Below are positions 42,301-56,999 of a DNA stretch of 64,000 nt, in pieces (position 1 is the first letter of the stretch; the number at the start of each line of letters is the position of its first letter). The DNA comes from Tubulanus polymorphus (lineage: Eukaryota; Animalia; Nemertea). The position numbers and the translations under genes are program-made. The stretch lies in contig NC_134036.1 in NCBI RefSeq assembly GCF_964204645.1, positions 6,230,600 through 6,294,599 on the forward strand, in the 5' to 3' direction. A model generated the notes under the pieces. That model worked only from the letters and a program-made list of their open reading frames with translations. It did not search any database and had not been told where the DNA came from.

Positions 42301-45300
42301 GTCGTTATTTGTTGAATTTATCGTCCTCAGTGTTTTATTTTTGAAATGATTTCTTTCCGTTTCGCAAATGAAACTCGTGTGAGTCTCTTCGATTCCGCCG
42401 GGGAATCGAACCCAGTTCGCTGATCCTCGTGGATTATTCAGTATCATCGCTGCACACGGCATATTGACGTCATTTATCGGTTGTTTTCTAAGAGGAGATA
42501 TCAATCCTTGGATAACTTCTGGTATCGTGTCGTTATTTGTAGGTTTATACCACTCTGTGTAGCTCAATGGTTTCCCGTCAGACCACGTGTAATAACTAGA
42601 TCTAGCCTGGAAATTTAAGTGGCATATATATTATTATATGTACATCATATATATCATTACATGTAATCTGTTGCCATTAGTAGTTTTTAACGAGCTCATC
42701 TAAAAATCTACCTGCAGTTTTAATCCAACCATCATAACGAGCGCTTTCAGCGAGTATGCTTTACGAAGAAGTTCCGTGGCAAATAATGTCTTAATAGAAA
42801 TCATTTCCTGTTGTGAGTTGATACTGAGTAGATGTCCCGCGTACTTCTGTCTACAATACAATTCAGCATTCTCCCAATTCAGACGTTTATCTCTGATGTA
42901 TTTCACGCATGAAATTCCCGAATCTAGAAATCCTGATTTACAGACATTTTCAAACTGTTTTATCGGTAACGACTGTTCTAATATGTATTGTATTTGAAAT
43001 ATCGGGATCTGACCTTTTACCTCAATTTGCAAATCCGCATAAGTAAGACTATAAAATACAAGACCCGGTATCGCGTTATTGTCACATATTTTACTTTGGT
43101 GCTCCTGCGATTGGCCGGGGCCTGCGGTGATGAAACGTTTGACAACTATAGGGTCAAAGCTATGCCCTTCTCTCTTCGCACACGGTATCTTTGCGATAGA
43201 TTTTATTATGCATCTAAAGTATAACATTTTATATCTCCTTCGAATACGTATTTCATATGACAGTAGTTCATTGGTTCTATCCGCAAATCCTGGGTACATT
43301 GGTGACTGAATCATTCCACACGTTACCACGACGTTACTTTGTCGTTCCCTTATTTTCAACAACCGTTGACATTTACTCCGTAGTTCAACTAGCAATGGAA
43401 AGGTAATGAATGCTTGATCATAAGATACACGAACAGTGTTTAACACAAGACCGCTATTAAGGAACTGGCTTCTCAACCGCGTGTGACAGTGTCTGTATGG
43501 ATAGTGATCCTGAAAACATCGGTCAACTTGATATTCATGCTCCGATAATATGTTAATGTATCTTAGAGGAAGGCGTCGGATTTCGGGTGTAATCACGAGA
43601 CAGTGTGACGTCATATTGATCTGACGTTCTCCTTCCTTTAAAACATACCCGTCACAGTCGGTAGGACGAAATCTGAGGTGTGAATGATCATCGACTGTTA
43701 ACTTACCCTCCCAGCTATAAGCGTATCCTACTACGGTAACCGATCCACCTGATGTAATCAGACTGACGACTGATCGACTAAAATCATTACCGGGACAATA
43801 CGGACCGTATCGTCTAGCCGTGAAATTACCACCGTCGAATATGTAAAATCCAGCTCGCTCGCAGTTCTGTGATAAAACTGTTAGTTCCATATTCTCTTCA
43901 TAGATCTCAGTTTTCCATTTAAACTCGTATCTAGTGACGCGATATCCAATTGAGTTCTTCCATGCAGTTGGGAACAGTGATGTTGTTCCAATGGACCATA
44001 TTTTGTTTACAAATTCCTGACATGAATAAATCAATATGAAACTTTTATTTGTTGATTATCATATTTAGATACAAATTAACCTCACATGTGTACTCACCCG
44101 AATATTCTCAACGTATAAATCTTTAATCGAAAAAGATTTGATTTTGTAATTTATTTCAAACCTCACATCGTCGTTAAGTGTTTCTTTCAAAACGCACAGT
44201 ACGACGAGGAATCCGTCAGATTTAACACTCAGTGATTGCAGGTAGTTGTAACCGAGTAAAATATCAGTTCCTACAACGCGTAACCCTTCTAGTTTATATA
44301 CACCGATGACGTCACCGGATGCGATGAGATTATGTGTCCAGTTGAAGACTACGTACTGTAACACCTGCACTGTGATAGACCAGCAGTGTAAGTGTTTTGA
44401 TCGAGTTATTACGTGTAAACTGTTGTCATCGGGAATGAGCACTCCCGACTCATCATTAGAGATCTGAATCAACGGATTAGAGACGTTCCAATCAGATATT
44501 TTATAAAGTTGAACGACAAGCTGTGATTTGATTAAAATTTTATAGGATACTAAAGTAGCTCTGTTCGTTCTAGTATAAAATGAGGATGGTGGATGTCCGG
44601 ATTGTTGGCGTATAAGACCTATCGGTTCACTACTGGAGTTCCATCCGTCGTGAATTTTAAATGGTGTCTTGACGTAATACCGTGATTTGAGATTGATGAG
44701 GGTTAGAGTCATTCCTAAACCGTCTGGCATTCCTATCCATTCAAGAAACATTGTACAAAAACGAATGAATAAATTTAATTTGTATCCCATTGGTGTTTTT
44801 AATTCATTAACGTTGAGAAATGAGTTTCCACAGTTGCCGCTGATTCTCAATCGGCTTCGTCCATAACGATACATGATATAAACCCGACTTCCTCGAGCAC
44901 CATCGATGCGGCTCCTAAACATCAACGAGATCGAATCTTTGCGGCGGATTTCATGTTTTCCGTTACTGCAGAATCTGATATCAGCCTCGTAGACGAGAAG
45001 GTAGTTATCACTACAGAATATTGACGGCTCGATGTCGTAGTAAAATTGGACGAGAAAAGTTCCCGGTAAAGAGCTGTTGATGAACCAACGACATTTAACA
45101 CCGCGCGTTAACGTAGGGTAATTCGGTGAAACGATATAACCGGACGTAGAATCTAGCGGGTACCACGTGTTGTTACAAGACGAATTTACCGTCACAGACG
45201 ATTCCTCGATAGAGTCTGCGCGATCAGCGCGCGCGATGCGAACTTGACAGACGATCAGCGACGCTATAAACAGCGCTCTCAGCCGCTGCTCCATACCGAA

Positions 45301-45306
45301 CAACAT
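39376..45306 (-). CDS. GRL101-like LGR GPCR copy R4, ~1914 aa, 3 exons
   Basis: Exons 45306-44098 (CGG|GTGAGT), 44016-42712 (CAG|GTAGAT), 42606-39376; phase-0 introns of 81 and 105 bp; same domain order as R2. Confidence 0.9.
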
Positions 45307-45953
45307 CACTGCGATAGAATGAACGAAATTCGTGTAGTTTCACAAGATCGTTTATTGGTCGGATTACGATCCGATTTCATCCAATCAGAAAATTCGCTCC
45401 GTCGAGTCCAAAATGCTTCAAATATTTCAGCAAAAATGCGGTCGAACATGCCCATGAAAACGCAACAGGATAAATACGTTCTCGGTTTTCGCATTTATTT
45501 TAGTTTTGGTTTATTCACTCATTTCTTTATGTTCTATCCATACAATCATTAAACTCCATCCACTCAAAACTACCAAACCTTCACCGACCAGAAATATTCT
45601 ACTCCTTATTTCTGATACAATATACAAATGATTTTGATTTCGTTCATGTGGATCGTAGACGATATTCCAAATTCGTATCGTCGAATGAAACAGATGGAAA
45701 AGGTGATCGAATATTTAGAAAGATGAAATTCTAGTCAATGTTGAAACTATAACTGCGTATATAGCAGCGTTTTACAAACCTCATTAACAGCGAAAGCGCT
45801 GTTGATTCTGATCTTGGGTAGAATGTTGAAATTGTCGAAAATCAATGGTAGCTAAAATCATACAAATCTCATTTTCTAATGAATATATGAATTTATTCTA
45901 GCAAACGTTTTCGAGTGTTACATTTTCCCCTCTTCGGGGATAGCGCAAGTAAT

Positions 45954-46382
45954 AAAGAAGTTTCCAGTTTCTAGGCGCCATATTGTGGCGGTCCCTCGAG
46001 GTCCCCATTGTTGCGATAATTGGCGCTCATTTTCAAAACATAAGTTTCGATTGAATATCACATAGTTCTGCAGTCCCTTGCTCGATTAACTTAATTTCTA
46101 TGCAGATATTTGTTGGTAATTCTTGGTTAAGATATGCGGTCCTTGGTTTCACATCGTCACTGTTCTCAATTGTTGCATTCAAAAATTCCAAGAATCGCCA
46201 GCAAATATCTGCATTTCATTTCCTTTAAAATGGTGTATAAATTAAGTTAATCGAGCAAGGGACTGCAGAACTATGTGATATTCAATCTAAACTTATGTTT
46301 TAAAAATGAGCGCAAATTATCGCAACAATGGGGACCTCGAGGGACCGCCACAAAATGGCGCCTAGAAACTGGAAACTTCTTT
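45954..46382. mobile_element. MITE, 429 bp, ~144-bp TIRs
   Basis: AAAGAAGTTTCCAGTTTCTAGGCGCCA...TGGCGCCTAGAAACTGGAAACTTCTTT; absent from the paralogous site at ~2948 (CAAGTAATTAGATTC). Confidence 0.9.
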
Positions 46383-49300
46383 ATTAGATTCTCATATCAT
46401 ACTGGTATCGATTTGATTAATATCTAGAATATGAAAATCAAACTCAATCTCATTGAACACAAATCTCCGATATGAGGCCAATAGAAATTCGTAGAAAATA
46501 AAAAAAATATTTTGCGCATTTTGAATGCATGTGCGCATTTTGAATACATGAAACGAATTCGGACGAAATTTCACGAAATGTTGAGCAACGACTATATTTT
46601 CCACATTCATTGCGTAGGAATCTTCTTTCAACAAGTTGGATGTAGGTACACCAATCCTGAGTTGTATAATTTGAAAAGGACTGAATTAACGGTACATGAT
46701 CGATTTGCAATAAAAAAGAATAATATTCGGTCAAATTCAGATATCTGCATCAGGTATTTTCTAGAGAATTCCATGCCTTACCTTGTGATTGATTAAAACA
46801 CAAAAGAAAGTTTCTTTACTTTTAAAGATATCCCAAATATGAATATTTCGCTAAATTGAAAGCTACCTCGCAGATAAAGCTTAACTACATATATAGGTCA
46901 CGCGTATTTGAAATGTCATGCATATCTCAGCATTTTCTAGAATCGGATGTATGACTTAGATACTGAATAGATATTGCAGCAAGGCGCGTGGTGTTAAACG
47001 CCTCGAGGCAGTTACTGTAAAATCGGTCTTGCTTTCTGAACACGACAGCAGTTTTCACTATGTATCATGTTTCCCTCAACATGACATATATTCACTGGTT
47101 TCGTGCGCTGCAGTTCTTTGTAAACCCGGGTTTAGTTAATGCATATACATTACATTATCATTAAACTTTCAAATTCACATCTTTTAAACGAAGATGACTT
47201 TAATTAGCAGATTAGCAGATTGGATGGACGCTACCATTAAATCCGTGAAATAACAATTAGAAAACTAGATTTCAACTTGATTCAATTATGTTTTTAGCAG
47301 ATTGCAAAAAATGTTTTGGAAGGACAATACCGCTCCTTGAAATAACAGTTAGAAAAATAGCGTCCAATTTGATTCAACTATGTTTTGCTTCTAGACAGGG
47401 AAACAGCGCGTGGGACTTGCGTGTCAGAATTCGGTTGATGAGTGGTCAACTTAGTTAATTTATTCAGATTACTAAAACCATATCAGTGTGTGCATGTGTG
47501 GAAAACGTGACTCGTACTTTCTTTTGGGTGAGAAAAACCAAGCGTTGTTTTACGCGATGCAAACCAACGCACATTGAAGTAAATACATCTTGGAAAATTT
47601 GAAGCTTGGCTCGTGGAGAGCATGTCAAAATCTGGTGATTTAGTCCGAATCGTCCGCACTATATAGCTAAGCTGTCTGACTACGTAGTTCTTTTCAAAAG
47701 TTACATACCGATATCTGAATTCACGAGGAGATATTAGCCAGATATTTTATTTTTTATAAAACGTGCTGATTAACATATTCAATTGATCCAATATGTCCAT
47801 GAACTCATAACGTATATGGTCGGATGCGTATTTCAACGGCGAGAGTATGTGGAAAAAAACTTCCTGGGAAGCTTAAACCAAAATATATCATCATATGAAC
47901 TTTATTTATCTTTTTTTAACCACAACTGTTTACAAATACATTATATATTTTACATTATGTTTAAACATGTAATAGATAAGGAATGCTTATTGAGACGAGG
48001 GAATATGATTAATAATTTGTAGCTCTAGCCGAACATATTTGTATTGGAAAAAAAGATATTTTACTCCTCTCTAAAGTCGCCTATTGAGAATAGAAAGCAC
48101 GTGAAGAAGAATTTCATTGTTTTACAAACAAAACCCATTTCCGATATGAAAGACTCGATTTTCCTTTTGCTGCGCTGGCTTCTGACGTGTATTGAAATCA
48201 ATAGATGATTTATTCTAGGTAACAATACTAATGACAGTCAATTTTTGATGTCGAACAAAGTCATCATTCGGGTGATGTCAAAATTGTGAGAGAACTGTTC
48301 TTTTGGTTAACTTGTCTTATGTAATTATGACCACCCATATTAGTCGACATCGTTGCAGATGTCTGAAATATGTCTAGTGTTTTATTGATAGCGTGTAATA
48401 TCTACGCGGATTCCGCAAAAACGAACACAAACTTTTACTAGAAAATTTTAGCCCGTTTCATGTATTTTTATTGCTGGAACCTAAACCGTGACTTAGTCAA
48501 TTTCGGTGTAGTTTATCATATTATCATCTTTAGTAAAACCCGCCTAGATAAAGGCTTACAATACACACAATATCATGTTAAATTACGAGCCCCTGACGGT
48601 CGTAAGGTCGCCCTTTTTAACCAGATAAAAACATATTTGGTAATTTAGAATTGTGTAAGAATGAGATATATTCAATGACATAGCAATCATATAGTCTCCT
48701 AATTGAATCAGATTGACGTAATATTCCGACATAAGAACAAGTTCATAATACACGTAACACACGAGTGCCTTGCTGAGGGAGAACTTTTCATTTTAGAACG
48801 CAACTAATACCCCGTTTATACCCAGTTGATTTGTGCAAATTTTAACAATTTCTATATTGAATGTACTCTTAAACCGTGATAATCGCGACGACTTACATAT
48901 CGATGCTGCAGTTTCACCTGTAGAGCTTTTTTTGTAAAAATCTGTAATTGCGCATTTAATTTCATATTTGGATGTACGCATAATTGTTTCGTGTTAATTG
49001 TCTTTGTGAACAGCGATGGATCAAATCAAACGGTTACCGCTTAGTGAAATCGTCTTGTTCGCGTTAACGATTTCAAAGAATAGAGAAAAAGAAACTGATT
49101 GGATCGAAAAAAAATGTCCGATGAAACACGCAGTAAATACAACAACATTAAACACGAAACACAAATTGAGATTTGCTTTTAATTGATGAATTCAAACAAC
49201 GTTTCGGATATAAACTAATAGCTGTGCGCACTTTATACTCGGGCGGGTTTCGAACTGTGGTATCGAGTACCATTAAATTCGGCTCCCTACTGAGACAGGT

Positions 49301-50365
49301 TGGACGTACGTATCTACTGAGCCGGTGTTTCGAACCGAACCAGAAATTCAAAATATCGGATCGATATATCATAACTAGCAGGTTTAAACCAGTGTCCGGG
49401 AGCGCACTTCTCGAAAACGACATCAAATATATTCAGTCTTTCAAAATACGCCTTTGTACTTTTATCTAGCTGTTAAGTCAATCTTCAACGATAATGATGA
49501 AAGATACATTCAACCCTTTCGTAACGTGGTACGCGGTCACCGGTGACTCGCATTTTCGTAGAGGATCTACTTGATACCAATGCGCCATCTACCGCAAAAC
49601 CTTAAGTATTTCTGCTACTATACACCTACGGTCGTTTCGAAAGATATTTTGTGGATCAATATTAATTGGTATATTTCTCTAATTGCGATGACTACCTTGC
49701 TACATTAAATCAGCCGTAATGTTTTGATGGATAGGAAATTTTACCATCAAATTCTCAGATAATCATCAGAACACACTGCAGAAAAGAGTAGCAGGCTATG
49801 AATAGCAATTGGTAGGATTTCGCATTTTATTTGAACTTTTTCTGAAAAAGAACATAAAGACTATGTAAATTGGGTTACGTAAGTGCACCATATAATTAAC
49901 ATGAGCATATATTTTTTGTAACCAGCTATTGTGCCCTACTGTAAGTACGGAACCTCTTTAGTAACACCTACAGTATCTCTTTACCGGGGTTTTGTTTAAT
50001 CACCCGGGGAATTTCTGTCTGAGTACGGTCGGTGGGTTTATGGTCAGTAGTGAAATACTTTCAACCAGGAGTGTTTCAATTGAGTGTATAGGAGATAAAG
50101 CGACCCGAATTGAAAGCTGTAACCCGGGTGTAACGATTAATACTTCATACATCCATTGCATATATTGACACGTTAATGATATTCAGTAATTGAATAAATG
50201 TAACGAATTCATTGCATGCGAAAAAAACGGTGAAAAGTGAACAACGCAAAAATAAGGGGGGAGTCTAGTGTATATAATGATGATTTATCATGAAATATCC
50301 CCGACAGAAAATAAAATTGAAAGATCGTTTTGACTGGCGATATATACCAAACACTCTGCGCTATT

Positions 50366-53300
50366 TCATTTATCTGTTCGATGTTGCCTGCGTTTAGTTT
50401 TTGCTCGTATGGATTTCATATCGATAGTCAGTATTGTGTAAAGAAGGGGATTGAGGGACGAGTTGATCGGTAAGAAAAGAACCGCCAGCCAAGCCGCCAC
50501 CTGATTCGGTATTTCTACCCGTAAAACTGCACAAATCTGAACGGTAATTAACGGCAGCCAGCAAAATAGATTACACAGATTTATCACCAAACTCCTGCGT
50601 GCTAAAACTAGTTCTGTAGGGTCAATTCTACCCGAACAAGACCTACTTCCAGATACGAGTCTGTACATTTGTACATACGTTGCCATTATCGTAGTGAGTA
50701 TGAATGAGTTGGATAATGAAAAAATAGCTAATGAATATTGCCAGGCATTGACTTCAATTGAAATTAAATTCATCGGTAAACAAACTCCGGTTGTGCCGTA
50801 AAAATTGTTTCCGAAGTAAGGGATAGGTGTTAGAGGTAGCAATGCAATAGCACACAAAATAATCCAAGATGTGCAACAAATAGCGCACACATATCTAGGA
50901 GATGTAATTGCACTTCCTGAAAATGGATTAACGATATTTGTGAACCTATGACGTGTCATGATGAGCAAAAATATCAATGAACCTTCACAAGAGATAGACA
51001 CCGTGATCCCAGCAAGACGACAAAATGGACTATCCATCCATAATTCCGAATTGAGAAAGTAAATGCCAGAATAAATGTAATCGGCTCCAGCAATCAGAAA
51101 CAAATATATAGACATTATGAAATCACACACAGCAACATTAATGATGATGATATCTGAAGATGGATTTGAGGAGGAAAATCGAATCGATCGAATGCGAAGT
51201 GAAATGACAATTCCGTTAGCGATAAAACTGAATGAAGCAATAACCCAAATGATAGCTCTGAGGACTGTGTTACCCATCAGATCAGAACAGGAGGAAAATT
51301 GATCAGCTTCAGGAAGGCACGTGTCAACATTCGGAGCCATGCAGCAAAATTTGTAAGCATCAGACTTTAAGGAGACTAATGATGTCAGATTGTTGAAAAC
51401 ATTTCTGTCGACAGAAATAACTTTGTGGTTGTCGGTTATATCAAGATACTTAAGTGAAGTTAATCCAGAAAATGCGTAAAGCGAAATATGATGGATTCTG
51501 TTATTGCTGATATTCAACGACTGTAATGTTGATAAACCTCGAAATACGTTTCTACCAAGCACCAACAACGAAAGTTCATGAAGGTCGAGAACTTTAAGTG
51601 ACTTCAAATCTTGGAAGGTATCGTCCTGTAAATGACGTATTGGATTTTCAGTAATCAATAACTCTTTCAAACTATACAAACCGATGAATGTTTTTGCAGA
51701 TAATGATGTTATGTTGTTGTGTGTAAGATCTAATGTATGTAGATTATGCAGGTTTGAGAACGATTTAGGTAAAATATAAGACAATTCATTGGCGGAGATG
51801 TTGAGCATGCGCAAATAGATATATGAAAGGAATGTCGACATGTCTAAGGTAATTTCGTTATTCGACAAAATTAAAATTCGAGTTGATGCCGAGAAAAGAC
51901 CGGTAATGTTTGTTAAACCAGTATTTCTACATTCGGTCAGATGACCTTGACACTTACAACCTCTCAGACAGGTGACGTTACAGAAAGCCTCGTCATCAGT
52001 TGTATATTTACAATTTACCACACCATCGCAAGCTTCAGATTGTGTAATACATCTATTTTCGTGGCCACATTTAAACATTCCTGGACATGAAAATGTCTCG
52101 CAGTTTTGCTCATCTTCTGAATTAGGACAATCTGATTGACCGTCGCACACCTGTCTGATCGGTATACAGTACGATGCTGGACATTTGACAGTGCCAGCTG
52201 GACATTCAAATTCTTCACATCTCAATACGTGCTCAAGATTTCTACAAACTGGGAAACCATTTGTCATTCTTTCTAGAATACATCTGTGACGTCTTGAATA
52301 ACAATGAGGAGAATTGAATGAACATTTTTGTTCATCAGATTCCGTACATAGATTTGTGAAGTTAGTCGTACAGTGGTTTTCATCATTACAATGGATCGTA
52401 GGATTCACTGTAACATTGGTAGCTAATACTAATTCATCTTCTTCGAGGCTTCCACTACAATCCACAACACCATCATGATAAAACTGAGAACTGATACAAT
52501 CTCCACTTTTACACAGGAACCCTTGACATTGTCCAGAAATGCAGCCGATTTCATCGGATGCGTCTTTACAATTAGTCACTCCATCGCATCTGTAAGACCT
52601 ACTGACACATTGACCACTAATGCACCGAAATTGTTCGGACAAACACGGGAGGTGAAAACACGAGTTCTCATCAGAACCATCCGCACAATCCTGTATAAAA
52701 TCACAGAAACCACTTATTGATATAACCTGACCATCATTGCAATAAAATTGGCTGTGCAAATTAATATCCGTACAATTGAGTTCATCCTCACCGTGTTGAC
52801 AGTCGTGTCTGGTATCACATACGCGATGGTCGCTGATGCATCTTTGATCGTTACATTTAAACTGCCACGATTTACAACCGCTTATAGAAGCTAACTCTTC
52901 ACCAGTTACATTGTACGAACACAAAACAGAATGCGCTGTATCTTTCGCATTATCAAACTGTTTCATTATCCATTTAACTGATTTGACATAAGTAATGTCA
53001 TCTCTAGTGATTATTGGTTTTAAAACTAGTGGTCGGTCATTATATGTCATAAAAAGTATGGAGCTATATTGATGTTGAAAGTTAAATTTTGATATCAAGT
53101 TCATTGTTTCGTTTTCTGTGTAACTGGTCATAACGGTGGCTATTTTGCCTCGGATTTCGTGACACATCTCCGTCGCCGTTATCATATCTAAACCTTGATG
53201 TTTGTTCCAGTCCGTCAGTATTTGATAGCATTGTTTATTTATGCTTACCCAACCAAACACACAGCTCGCGTCATTGAACCCAGTTTCCAAAAATTGTAAT

Positions 53301-56300
53301 TTTTTACGTATCAGAATTGTGTTGTTTTTGGTTATATTTAACGTTTTAACTGTTGTATTTTCGTAATCATCTCTTTCCGTTTCACAAATGAAACCCGTGT
53401 GAACCTCTTCGATTTCGCAGGGGAATCGAACCCAGTTCGCTGATCCTCGTGGATTATTCAGTATCATCGCCGTACACGGCATATTGACGTCATTTATCGG
53501 TTGTTTTCTGAGAGGAGATATCAATCCTTCAATAACTTCTGGTATCGTGTCGTTATCTGTAGGTTTATACCACTCTGTGTAGCTCAATGGTTTCCCATCA
53601 GTCCACGTGTAATAACCAGTTGCAAGCTGAAAAGATAAATACAGTCAATTAGCAATGCGTACAATTCACAATTATAACCAGTCTGTCTATGACTATGAAT
53701 ACAAACATGGAAATCTTGAAAAACTTGAAAAACGAGCCAGCCGACAGACTTTGTTTTGTTTTTAATGCAACGAATACCGGGTTTGGGTTAGGACGTGCTG
53801 TTCCACATACCTGTATCTTTAATCCAATCATCATTATGAGCGCTTTCTGTGAATATGCCTCGACAATCAAAGGTTTCGTAGCGAATAATGTTTTTACAGA
53901 AATCATCTCCTGTTCTGAGTTGATACTGAGTAGATGTCCCGCGTATTTCTGTCTACAGTACAATTCAGCATTCTCCCAATTCAGGCGTTCATCTCTGATA
54001 TATTTGACGCATGAAATTCCCGAATCTAGGAATCCTGATTTACAGACATTTCTTAACGGTTTTACCGGTAACTGCTCTAAAACGTATTGTATCTTAAATT
54101 TGGGTATTCGGTTTTTCACCTCGAACCACATCCATATTTCAAGTAAACTGTAAAACGTAATTCCAGGCTCAGCAAACTTGTCGCATAGTTTTATTGTTTT
54201 TCGGGCAGCGCTCCTAAAAGTGGATTTATAACTCATTTCCTGGATAAACATGACGGATTCCAGTTTGTCTCGGGATTCTTTCATACACGACGTCTTTTCC
54301 ATGCTTTTGATGACGAATCGGTAGAACTGAATCCGGGTTGCGGTCGCCGAGAACTTTAGTCTGTATTTTAATGTAACAGTTGAAGTTCCGGCAGATCTTG
54401 GGTAATTCGGTGACTGCACGATTCCACAGTCGCCTCCTTTTCGCCTGTCGATCCAGCCAATGTTTGAGTTAGTTTGGATTAATGTTTGGCAACTGCGCCG
54501 CAATTCAACGATAAGCGGGTATCTCCAGAACAAAAAAGTCCATTTGAACGTCACAGTGTGCAGTATGACACTGTTATTGAGACGCTGAATACTGAGAGAC
54601 ATGAAAAATCTACATCTCCTGAGAGGTTCCGTATAATCCGGCGTGCACCCACCAATTTCATATTCGTGCTTTGAAAATACGTACACTCTATGTAATCGAA
54701 CTCGGTTTTCGGGTGTAATCCTGAAACAGTTCGACGTCTGCACTGTCACCTGGTGTTCTCCTTCCCGTAGAGTAAAACCGTCACATTCAGTCGCACGTAA
54801 ATCTAAAGAGCCACTTACTATCCGCTTTTTCTGACAGTTATAATTATATCCTACTACGATAACTGGTCCACCTGATGTTATCAGACTGACGACACTTCGT
54901 ACATAACCCGATAAACGGGGACAATACGGACCGTATCGTCTAGCCGTAAAATTACCACCGTCGTATATGTAAAATCCAGCTCGCGCGCAATTCACGGACA
55001 GCACCGTTAATTGGAGGTCGCTCTCGTAGATTTCAACTTTCCATTTGAATTCGTACATATTTATATGATACCTCAAAGTCCTCGTTGGAGCTGGTAGCAG
55101 CAAGTAGTATGCCAGCGACGCCGTTTTTAGTTTGCCAAATACCTAAATGTATGTGATTTGTGGGTAAGGTTAATTTATATTACCAATTGTATATCATAGA
55201 TGCAAATATCACTCGTCGAAGTTTGCATTAAAGAGCACGTATAATTTGACGCTTACCCTGCGTTTAGTGATGCGCAATTTTGACATCGATATTGATATTA
55301 CTCTGAAGCCTATTCTCGTATTCGATTCTGTGATGTTCGGTCTCGTTAGGACGCACAGTATGACGAGAAATCCGTCAGATTTGACACTCAGTGATTCCAG
55401 GTGGTTGTAACCGAGTAAAATATCAGTTCCTACAACGCGTAACCCTTCTTGTTTATATACACCAATGACGTCACCGGATGTGCTGAGATCACGTGTCCAG
55501 TTGAAGACGACGTACTGTAACACCTGTACTGTGATAGACCAGCAGTGTAAGTGTTTTGATCGAGTTATTACGTGTAAACTGTTGTCATCGGGAATTAGCA
55601 CTCCCGATTCGTTATTAGAGATCTGAATCAACGGATTAGAGACGTTCCAATCTGATATTTCATACATTTGAAACATAACTTTAGTCGTTGTTTCGCGTTG
55701 CCCTGACGCAGAAATCATTGCTTTGTTAGTTTTGGTATAAAACGATGACGGCTGTTGTCCGCTCTGTACGCCTATAAGCGCTATTGGTTCACTGCTACTG
55801 TTCCAGCCATCATAGATTCGAAAACTCGCCGCTGGATCGACTTCAGCGCGAGGAAATAGTTTAAGGTCCACATCAACGAAGGTTACATTAATCGCCAAAC
55901 CATCCGGGATGCCGTTCCATTCGACGAACAGCTGACATCCATTATGAAAGAACATCGTGAATTTGTATCCGGTTGATGTTTTCAATTCATTCACTTTAAA
56001 ATTCCAGATTCCGCATCCGTGGCTGATTCTCAATCGACTTCGATCATAACGATATACGACATAAACCCGACTACCTCTCGTGCCATCGACGTTACTCCTA
56101 AACATCAACGAGATCGAATCGTTACGTTGGATTTCAGGTTTACCATAACCGCATAATCGGTTACCAGACTCATGGACGAGAATATAGTTATCATTGCAGA
56201 ATAATGACGGCTCAATGTCGTAGTAAACCTGGACATGAAACGTTCCCGGTAAAGAGCTGTTGATGAACCAACGACATTCAACACCGCGCGTAAACGAAGG

Positions 56301-56489
56301 GTAATTCGGTGAAACGATGTAACCGGACGTTGAATCTAGCGGGTACCACGTGTTGTTACAAGACGAACTTACCGTCACAGACGATTCCTCGATAGAGTCT
56401 GCGCGATCAGCGCGCGCGATGCGAACTCGACAGACGATCAGCGACGCTATAAACAGCGCTCTCAGTCGCTGCTCCATACCGAACAACAT
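50366..56489 (-). CDS. GRL101-like LGR GPCR copy R5, ~1941 aa, 3 exons
   Basis: Exons 56489-55257 (AGG|GTAAGC), 55142-53811 (CAG|GTATGT), 53626-50366; phase-0 introns of 114 and 184 bp; full CUB/CTL/LDLa/LRR/7TM. Confidence 0.9.
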
Positions 56490-56999
56490 CACTGCGACAG
56501 AATGAACGAAATTCGTCAGGTATCACAGGAATCGTTTATTGGTCAGACCAAGATCCAACATCATCCAATCAGAAAATTTACTCCGCCGAGTCGAACATTC
56601 TTCTGATCTTTTCAGTAAAAATGCGAATGTTGCGTACATTACCTCATACCCCCACACCACTACCCCTTAGGAAATTTTCATAAACTAGTCAGCAAGTTCA
56701 AGCCACGTCGTCCTTCTATCAAAACCCCTCATAGGAAAATTTGAATAAGGAATGAATTATCGGTACGGAAAAGATTTCGCGTAATAGAAAACTTCTGTCA
56801 TTTTGATCAAATTTAAATACCTGCGTGGTTAGCGTTGCCTTGAATCTTATGCCTACTTGGCGACACAAAAGAAAATTTGCTCAGGAATAGAGGATTACCC
56901 GTCGACGAAATCCGAATATTGCGTACGATTTAAAGCTATAAAGCAGATCAGGCCTCATCCTTAAGGATAGCTTAGCAATACCTGTCGCATTTTGAAATA

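Noticed and set aside
53689-54834. Plus-strand ORFs antisense to receptor exons (and equivalents in other copies)
   Set aside because: Shadow ORFs of the real minus-strand CDS.
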